From positions 20,276,001 to 20,340,000 of the forward strand of contig CM059433.1 of NCBI GenBank assembly GCA_030390025.1: a stretch of 64,000 bases of DNA, written 5' to 3'. Shown here piece by piece: positions 41,001 to 53,871 of the stretch. The DNA comes from Squalus acanthias (taxonomy: Eukaryota). Under the pieces are notes generated by a model. That model worked only from the letters and a program-made list of their open reading frames with translations. It did not search any database and had not been told where the DNA came from. Positions within the stretch are counted from its first letter, which is position 1; each line of letters begins with the position of its first letter. A program made the translations under genes and the position numbers.

Positions 41001-44000
41001 CACTGTTCAAAGCAGGAACAGGGCAATCCCAGAAACACTGCTCAAAGCAGGAACAGGGCAATCCCAGAAACACTGTTCAAAGCAGGAACAGGGCAATCCC
41101 AGAAACACTGCTCAAAGCAGGAACAGGGCAATCCCAGAAACACTGTTCAAAGCAGGAACAGGGCAATCCCAGAAACACTGATCAAAGCAGGAACAGGGCA
41201 ATCCCAGAAACACTGCTCAAAGCAGGAACAGGGCAATCCCAGAAACACTGTTCAAAGCAGGAACAGGGCAATCCCAGAAACACTGCTCAAAGCAGGAACA
41301 GGGCAATCCCAGAAACACTGCTCAAAGCAGGAACAGGGCAATCCCAGAAACACTGTTCAAAGCAATAAGGGGCAATCCCAGAAACACTGTTCAAAGCAGG
41401 AACAGGGCAATCCCAGAAACACTGCTCAAAGCAGGAACAGGGCAATCCCAGAAACACTGCTCAAAGCAGGAACAGGGCAATCCCAGAAACACTGTTCAAA
41501 GCAGGAACAGGGCAATCCCAGAAACACTGCTCAAAGCAGGAACAGGGCAATCCCAGAAACACTGCTCAAAGCAGGAACAGGGCAATCCCAGAAACACTGC
41601 TCAAAGCAGGAACGGGGAAATCCCAGAAACACTGTTCAAAGCAGGAACAGGGCAATCCCAGAAACACTGCTCAAAGCAGAAACAGGGCAATCCCAGAAAC
41701 ACTGTTCAAAGCAGAAACAGGGCAATCCCAGAAACACTGCTCAAAGCAGGAACAGGGCAATCCCAGAAACACTGCTCAAAGCAGGAACAGGGCAATCCCA
41801 GAAACACTGCTCAAAGCAGGAACAGGGCAATCCCAGAAACACTGTTCAAAGCTGGAACGGGGAATCCCAAAAACACTGCTCAAAGCAGGAACAGGGCAAT
41901 CCCAGAAACACTGCTCAAAGCAGGAACAGGGTAATCCCAAAAACACTGCTCACAGCAGGAACAGGGAAGTCCCAGAAACAATGCTCAAAGCAGGAACAGG
42001 GTAATCCCAGATACACTGCTCAAAGCAGGAACAGGGAAATCCCAACAACACTGCTCACAGCAGGAACAGGGCAATCCCAGATACACTGCTCAAAGCAGGA
42101 ACAGGGAAATCCCAACAAAACTGCTCACAGCAGGAACAGGGAAGTCCCAGAAACACTGCTGAAAGCAGGAACACGGCAATCCCAGAAACACTGCTCAAAG
42201 CAGAAAACGGGGCAATCCCAGAAACACTGCTCAAAGCAGGAACACGGCAATCCCAGAAACACTGCTCAAAGCAGCAACAGGGAAATCCCAGAAACACTGC
42301 TCAAAGCAGGAACAGGGCAATCCCAGAAACACTGCTCAAAGCAGGAACAGGGCAATCCCAGAAACACTGCTCAAAGCAGGAACAGGGCAATCCCAGAAAC
42401 ACTGCTCAAAGCAGGAAGAGGGAAATCCCAGAAACTGCTCAAAGCAGGAAGAGGGAAATCCCAGAAACACTGCTCAAAGCAGGAACAGGGCAATCCCAGA
42501 AACACTGCTCAAAGCAGGAACAGGGCAATCCCAGAAACACTGCTCAAAGCAGGAAGAGGGAAAGCCCAGAAACACTGCTCAAAGCAGGAACATGGCAATC
42601 CCAGAAACACTGCTCAAAGCAGGAACAGGGCAATCCCAGAAACACTGCTCAAAACAGGAACAGGGCAATCCCAGAAACACTGTTCAAAGCAGGAACAGGG
42701 CAATCCCAGAAACATTGCTCAAAGCAGGAACAGGGCAATCCCAGAAAAACTGCTCAAAGCTGGAACAGGGCAATCCCAGAAACACTGCTCAAAGCAAGAA
42801 CAGGGCAATCCCAGAAACACTGCTCAAATCAGGAACAGGGCAATCCCAGAAACACTGCTCAAAGCAGGAACAGGGCAATCCCAGAAACACTGCTCAAAGC
42901 AGGAACAGGGCGATCCCAGAAACATTGCTCAAAGCAGGAACAGGGAAATCCCAGAAACACTGCTCAAAACAGGAACAGGGCAATCCCAGAAACATTGCTC
43001 AAAGCAGGAACAGGGCAATCCCAGAAACATTGCTCAAAGCAGGAACAGGGCAATCCCAAAAACACTGCTCACAGCAGGAACAGGGAAGTCCCAGAAACAG
43101 TGTTCAAAACAGGAACAGGGAAATCCCAGAAACACTGTTCAAAGCAGGAACAGGGAAATCCCAGAAACAGTGTTCAAAGCAGAAACAGAGCATTCCCAGA
43201 AACATTGCTCAAAGCAGGAACAGGGCAATCCCAGAAACACAGCTCAAAGCCGAAAACGGGGCAATCCCAGAAACATTGCTCAAAGCAGGAACAGGGCAAT
43301 CCCAGAAACACTGCTCAAAGCAGGAACAGGGCAATCCCAGAAACAGTGTTCAAAGCAGGAACAGGGAAATCCCAACAAAACTGCTCACAGCAGGAACAGG
43401 GCAATCCCAGAAACACTGCTCAAAGCAGGAACAGGGCAATCCCAGAAACACTGTTCAAAGCAGGAACAGGGCAATCCCAGAAACACTGTTCAAAGCAGGA
43501 ACAGGGAAATCCCAGAAACACTGCTCAAAGCAGGAACAGGGCAATCCCAGAAACACTGCTCAAAGCAGGAACAGGGAAATCCCAACAAAACTGCTCACAG
43601 CAGGAACAGGGAAGTCCCAGAAACACTGCTGAAAGCAGGAACACGGCAATCCCAGAAACACTGCTCAAAGCAGAAAACGGGGCAATCCCAGAAACACTGC
43701 TCAAAGCAGGAACAGTGCAATCCCAGAAACACTGCTCAAAGCAGAAAACGGGGCAATCCCAGAAACACTGCTCAAAGCAGGAAGAGGGAAATCCCAGAAA
43801 CACTGCTCAAAGCAGCAACAGGGAAATCCCAGAAACACTGCTCAAAGCAGGAACAGGGCAATCCCAGAAACACTGCTCAAAGCAGGAACAGGGCAATCCC
43901 AGAAACACTGCTCAAAGCAGGAACAGGGCAATCCCAGAAACACTGCTCAAAGCAGGAAGAGGGAAATCCCAGAAACTGCTCAAAGCAGGAAGAGGGAAAT

Positions 44001-45630
44001 CCCAGAAACACTGCTCAAAGCAGGAACAGGGCAATCCCAGAAACACTGCTCAAAGCAGGAACAGGGCAATCCCAGAAACACTGCTCAAAGCAGGAAGAGG
44101 GAAATCCCAGAAACACTGCTCAAAGCAGGAACATGGCAATCCCAGAAACACTGCTCAAAGCAGGAACAGGGCAATCCCAGAAACACTGCTCAAAACAGGA
44201 ACAGGGCAATCCCAGAAACACTGTTCAAAGCAGGAACAGGGCAATCCCAGAAACATTGCTCAAAGCAGGAACAGGGCAATCCCAGAAAAACTGCTCAAAG
44301 CTGGAACAGGGCAATCCCAGAAACACTGCTCAAAGCAGGAACAGGGCAATCCCAGAAACAGTGTTCAAAGCAGGAACAGGGCGATCCCAGAAACATTGCT
44401 CAAAGCAGGAACAGGGAAATCCCAGAAACACTGCTCAAAACAGGAACAGGGCAATCCCAGAAACATTGCTCAAAGCAGGAACAGGGCAATCCGAGAAACA
44501 TTGCTCAAAGCAGGAACAGGGCAATCCCAAAAACACTGCTCACAGCAGGAACAGGGAAGTCCCAGAAACAGTGTTCAAAACAGGAACAGGGAAATCCCAG
44601 AAACACTGTTCAAAGCAGGAACAGGGAAATCCCAGAAACAGTGTTCAAAGCAGGAACAGTGCATTCCCAGAAACATTGCTCAAAGCAGGAACAGGGAAAT
44701 CCCAGAAACACTGCTCAAAACAGGAACAGGGCAATCCCAGAAACATTGCTCAAAGCAGGAACAGGGCAATCCCAGAAACATTGCTCAAAGCAGGAACAGG
44801 GCAATCCCAAAAACACTGCTCACAGCAGGAACAGGGAAGTCCCAGAAACAGTGTTCAAAACAGGAACAGGGAAATCCCAGAAACACTGTTCAAAGCAGGA
44901 ACAGGGAAATCCCAGAAACAGTGTTCAAAGCAGGAACAGAGCATTCCCAGAAACATTGCTCAAAGCAGGAACAGGGAAATCCCAGAAACACTGTTCAAAG
45001 CCGAAAACGGGGCAATCCCAGAAACATTGCTCAAAGCAGGAACAGGGCAATCCCAGAAACACTGCTCAAAGCAGGAACAGGGCAATCCCAGAAACACTGC
45101 TGAATGCAGGAACAGGGTAATCCCACAAACACTGCTCAAAGCAGGAACACGGCAATCCCAGAAATACTGCTGAATGCAGGAACAGGGTAATCCCAAAAAC
45201 ACTGCTCAAAGCAGGAACAGGGTAATCCCACAAACACTGCTCAAAGCAGGAACAGGGCAATCCCAGAAACACTGCTCAAAGCAGGAACACAGCAATCCCA
45301 AAAACACTGCTGAAAGCAGGAACAGGGCAATCCCAGAAACACTGTGCAAAGCAGGAACAGGGCAATCCCAGAAACACTGTGCAAAGCAGGAACAGGGCAA
45401 TCCCAGAAACACTGCTCAAAGCAGGAACAGGGCAATCCCGGAAACACTGCTCAAATCAGGAACAGAGCAATCCCAGAAACACTGCTCACAGCAGGAACGT
45501 GTCAATCCCAGAAACACTGCTCCCAGCAGGAACGGGGCAATTCCATAAACACTGCTGAAAGCAGGAACAGTGCAATCCCAAGTACACTGTTCAAAGCAGC
45601 AACAGGGAAATCCCAAATGCACCACTTAAA
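14032..45630. repeat. 35-bp tandem satellite array, ~31.6 kb, ~900 monomers; consensus CAGGGCAATCCCAGAAACACTGCTCAAAGCAGGAA
   Basis: Directly visible, uninterrupted head-to-tail repetition in one orientation with no unique spacers. Divergence rises towards both ends. Confidence 0.99.
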
Positions 45631-46587
45631 CACAAGTTAGGATATTTCCAAATGGTGCCAACGTGAGGACTGCACCTGGACAATTTGTACTGTTGTTTTG
45701 TAATATGTGTAGCATCTAAAGGACAAAACGCTATGGAAATACGTTTGGGAAATAGCAATTATGCGAGCAAAATGGAAAGCTTTATCACTTCAGTTTTGAA
45801 TATTAGAAGTGCTTTTGACTAAAACTAACAGATTTGAATTATGATTTTCAGCATATTTTTATGCTTTTGTCCCTTTCACTTTGGAAAGAAGACATTTCAA
45901 ATCATCATGCTGTAACATTGGTATCGTAATTACACAGTTGTGTATAAATAAGTCAATGAGAAGAACAAAAGGTTTTCAAATTAGTTTCTCTCCCTGACTC
46001 TGAGAAAAAACATCTTTTTTCTAAGTGCCTATAGACTATGTTTCCCCCATCCATCAATTTCACAAAGAGATGCAGAGGCTAGCTGTACATTCTATGTTGA
46101 ATAGAGTGTTCTACTTATGAGCAGGTGGTGTGGCAAAAATTACACAATGTGGGCTGCAAGATGCTCCAAAGGCATGTTGTTTGCTGTTCAGTCTAGTGCA
46201 CAAAACAAAGAGCTGAAGGCTGCATTAAACATCAAAGTCATACCTTTAAAGAAAACAAAACATTTATTTGGATTTTTTTTGTTGCAAAGGCAGAATATCA
46301 GACTATATTAGCAATGTGTGAAACGCATTCTGTCAGATTGCCAGCTGTTGCATCAATTCCATTGTCACATATGTCTTTTTTGTAGACTTCAGATGAATTG
46401 AGTTCAATTTTAACGTGTAAAAATATCAGCTAAATGTTCAAATAGATCACCACCTATGTCTCAAAAGTAGTTCTTCCAATTTATTTTTCAAAAGCATTTG
46501 AAAAATTGGTGAACCACTTATGTACATGGTCATACTTGTCAACATACTTGGACTAAAAAACCTATGTATACACACACACATGCACAC

Positions 46588-47083
46588 GGTTGAGATTTAA
46601 AAAAATCATGGGGGGGTGGGGGCGGTCCGATCCCTGTTCCGCGGGGGTTCTGAACCCGAGAGGGGGGACCGATCCTGGGGGGGGGGGTTCCGATGGCAGC
46701 GAATGAGGTAAGCTTGGTGGGCGGTGGTTGCGGGGGGGGGAAGCATTCCTGCTCCTCCTTGCCCACAAGCAGTACTGTAACAACACTTACCTTTTCGCCC
46801 AAACTGTCCTCACCTCCATTCAGCTGCCGGGTTTCCCGAGGCCTGGGAAACCCGGCCGGCCAGGATTAAAGCTGTAAGACAGATTAAAGCTGAGGCCGCA
46901 GGCTCATTATAATATTTAAGTGGCCAACCCGCCTCCTGGGAGTGGGTTGGTCGCCCGCCTCCCCCATCCCGCCTCCGTTAAAAGGGCGGGTTTGAGGCGG
47001 GTTGGCATCGAGTTTGAGTTTTTAAAAATTTTTACATCTCACCCGACCCCAACCAACCTGTTTTTGGGGTTTAAAAATACCCC
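46588..47083. mobile_element. Harbinger-derived MITE
   Basis: Ends ggttgagattt / aaaatacccc. 46826-46950 resembles, in reverse complement, the left end (52310-52440) of the Harbinger at 52171. Confidence 0.6.
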
Positions 47084-47662
47084 CATTGATACAGACACAA
47101 AAGCTCATATGACCTACTCTCAATCATACTTCCTTTCTTTCCCTTTTTTTTATGTATTACTTCAGCAATTGCATTCTTGACAGAAATACTCATGGAACAA
47201 ACACATCCAAAACTTCCTGTTAATTCTGCCCCCATCATAATTTGATATTTGGCAAACTTGAAAAACAGGAGCCACCTCTGGGCATATCAGAAAGAATAAG
47301 GTAGAGCCATGTATCCCGTATGCCTTCCAACTTGGAATGATGGTACATTTTAGCAAGATTGTTCAGATTCTGTGAAAAACCCATTCTCTCTCATTATATA
47401 AATGATTTTCCATCACAGTAGTCTACTTTTCCTTTCATCAACAGTTAAATAATGACTTTCCATCTTTACAAGAGTTAGCCTTTTTGTTAACAGTAAAATC
47501 AATGCAATCCTTTTTTTCGCCCTTATTAATAATGAATGTTGAGGGATCCCATCCTTTGGTACCTTCACATCAATGATTAGCTAACTGACCATAAATATTT
47601 GTAAATCAGAAATGATTAACCCCATGAGTGTTGTCCCTATATAAACAAAATATAGATCCAAC

Positions 47663-48405
47663 TGCAACAACAACAACAAGATAGGGAGGGGCGAGGCCAT
47701 TGAGGGATTTGAAAATAAGGCTGAGAATTTTTAAATAGAGGCATTGCTCAACCAGGAGCCAATGTAGGTCAGCGAGCACAGGGGTAATGGGTGAAGGGGA
47801 CTTGGTGCAAGTTAGGATAAGAGCATCAGAGTTTTGGATGAGCTTAAGTTTATGGAGGGTGAAAGATGGGATTCAGAAGTGCATTGGAATAATCAAGTCT
47901 AGAGGTAACAAAGGCATGGATGAGGGTTTCAGCAGCAGATGAGCTGAGGCAAGGGTGGAGACGGGCGATGTTATAGAGATGAAAAAAGGCGGTCTTAGTG
48001 ATGCGGCTGATATGTGGTCGGAAGCTCATCTCGGGGTCAAATATGACACCAAGGTTGCGAACAGTCTGGTTCAACCTCAGACAGATGTTAGGGAGAGGGA
48101 TGCAGTCGGTGGCTAGGGAACGGAGTTTGTGGCAGGGACCGAAGACAATGGCTTCGGTCTTCCCAATATTTAGTTGGAGGAAATTTCTGCTCATCCAGTA
48201 CTGGATGTCGGAAAAGCAGCGTGACAATTTAGAGACGGTGAAGGGGTTGAGAGAGATGGTGGTGAGGTAGAGCTGGGTGTCGTCAGCGTATATGTGGAAA
48301 CTGACGCTGTGTTTTTGGATGATGTCACTGAGGAGCAGCATGTCGATGAGAAATAGGAGGGGGCCAAGGATAGATCCTTGGAGACTCCAGAGGTAATGGT
48401 GCAGG
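47663..48405 (-). mobile_element. L2 LINE reverse-transcriptase fragment
   Basis: ORF 47850..48464 contains [48 protein letters not shown] and [17 protein letters not shown]. (CAA)n tail at 47664-47679. Confidence 0.92.
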
Positions 48406-49324
48406 AACTTCACACTCATAAATCCCACTGATTCACTGTGAATCAGTGTTGGACCAATCTGCATGGTAAAAATAGCATATGGTTTATTAATTTAAAATGT
48501 TTGAGCTGTAACCCGGAATCGGGAGTAATTTAGTTGATGCCCACAGACATCTTCTCCCAGGCACATTTTGACAAGGTGCAATTCTGAATGTCTTTCTGAA
48601 AACAAAGAGTTTTAGCATTTCTTGGCACAATCCCTTCATACGTGTGGGAATGAAACTTGGCCACAAAATCATGTAAAATTAATTAACATGGTCCATGACA
48701 GAGCTATCAGCTGTGTTTTTTTTAAAGTGCGCTAGGTGGGAATTTTGGGTGGAAGTATTGGAAGCTGCAGGATATGTTGATCTCATCCTCCTTTACGCTG
48801 GGTGTATCTAAGAATCCTACTTGCAGTACCTTATATCCTTAAATTCTAGTCTTGACCGCTTTTGGCTATGACCATTCACCAAAATTAGGGATAAATGGTT
48901 CCATCATGTGTTCTATAGCAGTTTGATCACATAGTCCGAGATTTTAATCATTGCCACAGAATCCTTAAGATGAAACAAATAGTGATTTTTTGATCAAAGG
49001 TTCTTCAGTGGAATTAAAATGCAGTAGAATGTTTGCCAATATGGCCTAGTGATTTTCCTGGAGTATAAATATCGGTATTGGATTTTATCAATACTACTGC
49101 TTTAAATATCAAAAAGAATTCAAGTGTATAGTTAAGGTGTAGAAATTGAAAAGGATGAAACTGAATTGAAGATGAAGAAATTACCTGAAGTAGCTATCCC
49201 AATGGTTCAATAGTAAATGAGTGGCTTGGCATGATACTGGAGCAGTACAGACCAGAAAATTTGGCTTCAATCCCTGGTCTGTGTGGATCTCAGCCAAATA
49301 GAAGTTGGGGTATTACAGTTGTCC

Positions 49325-49517
49325 TTGATGCTCCTTCACCCCTATCCTCAATGACCTGTATTGGCTCTTGTCCTCCAATGCCTCAAATTTAAAATTCTCA
49401 TCACTGTGTTTCATTCTCTTTATGGTATCACCATTTCCTATCTCTGTAACCTTCCCCAGCCATACAACCACTCCTGGTCTCGACCGACCTCTCTGTTCTT
49501 CTGACTTTAGTCTCTTA
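49325..49517 (+). mobile_element. L2 fragment (5' half of a split copy)
   Basis: cacccct.tcctc..tgacct..attggctc...aatttaaaattctcatc, the L2 'L..LHWL....FKIL' region. Continues at 51213. Confidence 0.6.
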
Positions 49518-51212
49518 GGAACAAGAAGAGGCCATTCAGCCCCTCGAGCCTGTTCTGCCATTCAATTAGATCATGGATGATCTGTATCTCAACTCCATTT
49601 ACCTGCCTTTACTCCATATCCCTGATAACCTATGAATAGACAACAATGATGGACAGGAAAAGATTCTCTGGTCCTTCCAGCTTGTCCCACACAATTGTGA
49701 TACCTTCATATGCACACTTCACCCCACCCAAAAAAGCAAGTCATGTCCTGGGAGAGGCAAAAAAACAGATAAAAACCCAGGCCAATTTGGGGAATAAAAT
49801 CTGGGAAATTCCTCTCCGACCCCTCTAGGCGTTCAAAACTAGTCCAGGAGATCACGGTGGCCCTGAATTCCTTGCAGCACCTACCTTTTGTAAGCGGTGA
49901 TCTCTGCCCCAGCCAGAAACAGGCCAACTCTCTGAATCGGCGTCCACTGCATGAACTGGCAGCATATTCCAGAGATCCACTATTCTCTGCAAAAAGAAAC
50001 ACCTGTTGACATCTTGCTCACCAAAAATGTATTTATCGTAGTCTTCAAAATTTCAATTGACCCAGCATCCACAGCCTTTTGGTGGAGTGTTCCAGATTTC
50101 CACTAGCCTTTGTGTGAAAAAGTGCTTTATGATTTCACTCTTAAATGGCCTAGCTCTAATTTTAAGATTGTGGCCCCTTGTTCTGGATCCCCCTACCAGA
50201 GGAAATAGTTTCTCTGTATCTACCCTATAGAATTCCAATATAATTTTGTGTGTCAGCTGTGGCTCAGTTGGTAGCACCCTTGCTTCTGAGTCAGAAGGTT
50301 GTGGTTTCAAAATCCCACTCTAGAGACTTGAGCACAAAAAACTAAGGCCGACACTCCAGTGCAGTATTAAGGGAGTGCTGCACTGTTGGAGATGTCGTCT
50401 TTCAGATGCGACGTTAAACCGAGGCCCTGTCTGCTCTCTCAATGGATGTAAAAGATCCCATGGCACTATTTCGAAGAAGAGCAGGGGGAGTTATCCCTCA
50501 TGTTCTGGCAACTATTTATCCTTTAATCAACATCACTAAAAAACAGCTTATCTGGCCATTATCTCATTGCTGTTTGTGGGACCTTGTTGTGTGCAAATTG
50601 ACTGCTACATTACAACAGTGACTACACTTCAAAAAGTTCTTCATTAGCTGTAAAGCGCTTTGGGAAGTCTGGTGGTCATGAAAGATGCTCTTTCTTTTGG
50701 ACGCCTCTATTAGATCACCCCTCAACCTTCTAAACTCAAGGGAATACAACCCAAGTGGGCAACTTGTCCTCGTAGTTTAACCCTTTAAGCCTTGGCATCA
50801 TTCTGGTTAGTCTACACTGTACCTCCTCCCAGGCCATTATTTCCTTCCTGCGGTGCATTGCCCAAAACTGAACGCAATACTCCAGATGTGATCTGACCAA
50901 GGCTCTGTACAACTGAAGCATCACTTCCTCCCCTTTGTATTTTAGCCCCCTTGATTATGTTTTGTACCTTAACACTAGCTTTTACTGATTTGTGTACATG
51001 GGCACCCACATCTCTTTTCCGCTTCTATAGTTCCCAGTCTCTCACCATTAAGAAAATATTCTGATTTATCTTTCTTGGATCTAAAGTGAATGACCTCACA
51101 GTTCCCCACATTGAACTCCATCTGCCACTGTTTTACCCACTCCCTTAATCAGTCTATACCCCTTTGTAACTTCCTACTCCCATCTACACAACTTACTGTG
51201 CCTTTTAACTTG
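49518..51212 (-). mobile_element. CR1 LINE fragments (degraded), with nested inserts
   Basis: Minus-strand peptides LQLYRALVRSHLEYCVQFW, YSLEFRRLRGDLIE and LFPLVGGSRTRGHNLKI. CR1 3' UTR at 49518-49632. Confidence 0.8.
50248..50698 (+). mobile_element. tRNA-head Deu-domain SINE (SacSINE1/AmnSINE-like) with an L2-type tail
   Basis: A box tggctcagttgg, B-box-like ggtttcaaaatccc, Deu core gtctttcagatg.gacgttaaaccgaggccctgtctg...gtaaaagatcccatggcacta and tail aaagcgctttggga. Family named from recall, not from a search. Confidence 0.75.
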
Positions 51213-51490
51213 TACACCATTGCTCTCCCCTTGCCACCCCATTGACAGCCGTGCCTTTGGCTGCCTAGCCCTGTATGCTCCTCCCTAAACCCCTCTGCGC
51301 CTCACCTCCCCTCTTCCTTTAAAACTTCCCTTCGAACCTACCTCTCTGACCAGACTTTTGGTCGCTCGTTCTAATATCTCCTTCTTTGGCTCGACGTCCA
51401 TTTTTTACATCGTGTGCCTCTGTGGACTACCTTGAAACAGTTTTCTATGTTAAAGGTGCTATATAAATGCAAGTTGTTGTTCTTGTTGTT
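51213..51490 (+). mobile_element. L2 3' end (second half of the split copy)
   Basis: Ends aaaggtgctatataaatgcaagttgttgttcttgttgtt. Confidence 0.75.
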
Positions 51491-52678
51491 GAGAGCAAAA
51501 ATGTAGCCACGGTTCCTGCTCCTCATTACCATCCAGGGACGCTCATTTTACAACGTGAATATGTGGATTCCAAGATTAGGCTCCGTTGTGACACCTTCCC
51601 TGAGTGAAGGGCCAGCCAATACTGGCTGCCTGGGCTCACACACTCATGCAACATACTGGATGGCTTCCAGCACGTGTGTAGCTGTAGCTCAGTAAGAGTC
51701 AGCAGCGTCTTTAGGAATGGGAGAAAAGTGTGGAGAACTAGGGGTGAAAGATAAACAACCTGAAGGGAAGTGAAATCTGCAACACCAGCTGAAAAGCTTT
51801 TTGGACGAAGTTGGCAGTTAATAGAAACTTAAATTAGCTCAATTTGGTAATCAGTCAGCCACATTGATGGGATGGAGGTTGATTATAACAGTAACTGGGC
51901 AAGTGTAAACCAATTCATTTCGAAGGAGGATTAGTTTATGAGGACATTAAGAAATTACACTATAGAGCTTGGTTTTATGGTCAAAAGCATGAACCTGTTA
52001 ATTAAATTTGCGCTTAGTGATATACGGTTAACCCTTGAATTAAACAATGATTGCTGAGTTTTTTTACGTCAAGTTTCTTTGTCTTATTCTTAAAAAAGAC
52101 ATGTTATTACTTGGAATGATGGGAAATGGGGCAATTTGTCCCACTGTCTCGTGGCCCCGCGAACAACATAGGGCTGGATTTTAATGTGCAGAAGCGCGTG
52201 GGTTTAGGGGCGGGTGGGTCATTAAAACCGGCAAAATTGACAGCACGTTAGGAAGCCGGCTCCAACCCGCCGACTTCCAGGTTTCACTGCAGTGCGTTGG
52301 GCTGCGTGCCAACAACCCGCTTGGGAGAGGCAGGTTGCCACTTAACATATGTAATCGCTCAATTAGAGCGATATTGACATGGATTTTTAAGTTTAACTTT
52401 GGCTCCACGGGTTTCCCGGGCTACCTGGAACTCGCCAGTGAAAGCAAGGCGAGGACAGTTGAGGGGGCTGAAGCAATCTCAAGAAAATATGCCAATAAAT
52501 ACTCAGTGCACACAGCTGCTTTCTTACCTGCTTGTGGGAAAGGGTTTGTTCACAGTACTTGTGCTGAGAGGTTACTTTACCCACTTTGGAGGTTTCTTCA
52601 ACGCTTTGGAGGTGTCATCTGCACTTGGAGCTTTGGAGGTCTGATCTGCACTTTGGAGCTCTGATCTATCAGATCAGC

Positions 52679-53871
52679 ATGGGTGCTGCTTATGCTGCCT
52701 TAGATTGGAAGTCAGATGAGGACCAGGATGACCAGCACCAGCAGCAGCACCAGCAGCAGCAGCAGCCTGCTGGTCACAGATCTGTAGCTCCACAGGAGAG
52801 AGAGGAGCAGCAGAGAGGTGTCGCTCACCATACCCGGCACACAGGGTCTACAGGCAGAGGATAATGTCGGCATGTCGGAACACCAATATCTCAGGAGGCT
52901 CAGGGTGTCCAGTCAGGTGGTGGCAGACATTTGCAGCCTGCTGGAACAAGACCTGCTGCCAGCTGGACCTGGTGGCCATGCTTTATCAGTGGCAGTCATA
53001 GTAACCACCACCCTCAACTCTTTGCCTCTGGATCCGTCCAGGGCTCTGCCGGAGACATTTGCAGGATCTCCCAGTCGGCGGCACACAAATGTATATGACA
53101 GGTGACTGATGGCTTGTTTGCCAGTTTGTCAATTTTGTCAACTTAGCCAGTCAGAATGAGCGGGCGCTCGGGTTTGCGGCTCTGGCTGGCTTCCCACAGG
53201 TGCAGGGCGTCATCAACTGCACACATGTGGCAATTAAGGCACCCACAGATCACTCAAGAATGTTCGTCAACTGCAAGGGTTTCCACTCTATTCATGTGCA
53301 GCTGGTGTGCAAAAAGATCTTTATGCAGGTGTGCTGAAGATTCCCAGGCAGCTGCCATGATGCTTTCGTCCTGTGGCAGACCACCCTCCCAGACGTCTTC
53401 ACACTTGGAAGGACATTAACCGGCTGGCCGCTAGGAGACAAGGGATACCCACTGAAAACGTGGCTGATTACACCTTTCAGAAACCTGAGGAATGAGGCCC
53501 AAGATCACTACAATGATTGCCGTATCACCACCAGTTGTGTCATCGTACAAGACATCAGCATGCTGAAGTTGAGCTTCAGGTGCCTGGACCGATCTGGAGG
53601 CACCCTTCAGTATGCACCAGCCAGGGTATCCAGAATGGTTGTGGTGTACTGCGCTCTGCACAACATTGCCCAGCAGCGAGGCTTGGACCTGCAGGAGGAA
53701 CAAGGCACAGAGCGCAGAGCCTTTTCGGAGGATTCGGAGAAGGAGGAGGAGGAAGACAATGACGAGGAGGAGGAGGAGGAAGACGAGGAGGTGGAAGGTG
53801 ATAAAAGCAATGCACTACCAGTGGCGCACACTGCTGCTCGAGATGCCCTGATTATTGCGAGGTTCACTTAG
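52679..53871 (+). pseudogene. Harbinger transposase (HARBI1-like DDE nuclease) pseudogene
   Basis: [93 protein letters not shown] and CALHNIA, with an acidic tail. Frameshifts and in-frame stops. Confidence 0.9.

Noticed and set aside
14100..45173. Giant ORFs (up to 3730 aa) as protein-coding genes
   Set aside because: They overlap in all three frames, start at variant GTG/TTG codons, cross many indels, and follow directly from the T-poor 35-bp unit.
15082..45625. Cys-rich 68-aa minus-strand ORFs (metallothionein/toxin-like)
   Set aside because: They are the antisense reading of the satellite, appearing only where a variant removes a TGA.
14032..45630. CRISPR array (35-bp repeats with dyad symmetry)
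   Set aside because: The units are contiguous with no unique spacers, there are no cas genes, and the context is eukaryotic.
50248..50325. tRNA gene
   Set aside because: It is the tRNA-derived head of a SINE and runs directly into the Deu domain.
52679..53871. Domesticated host gene HARBI1
   Set aside because: Frameshifts, stops and catalytic substitutions, embedded in a transposon with a convergent Myb remnant.
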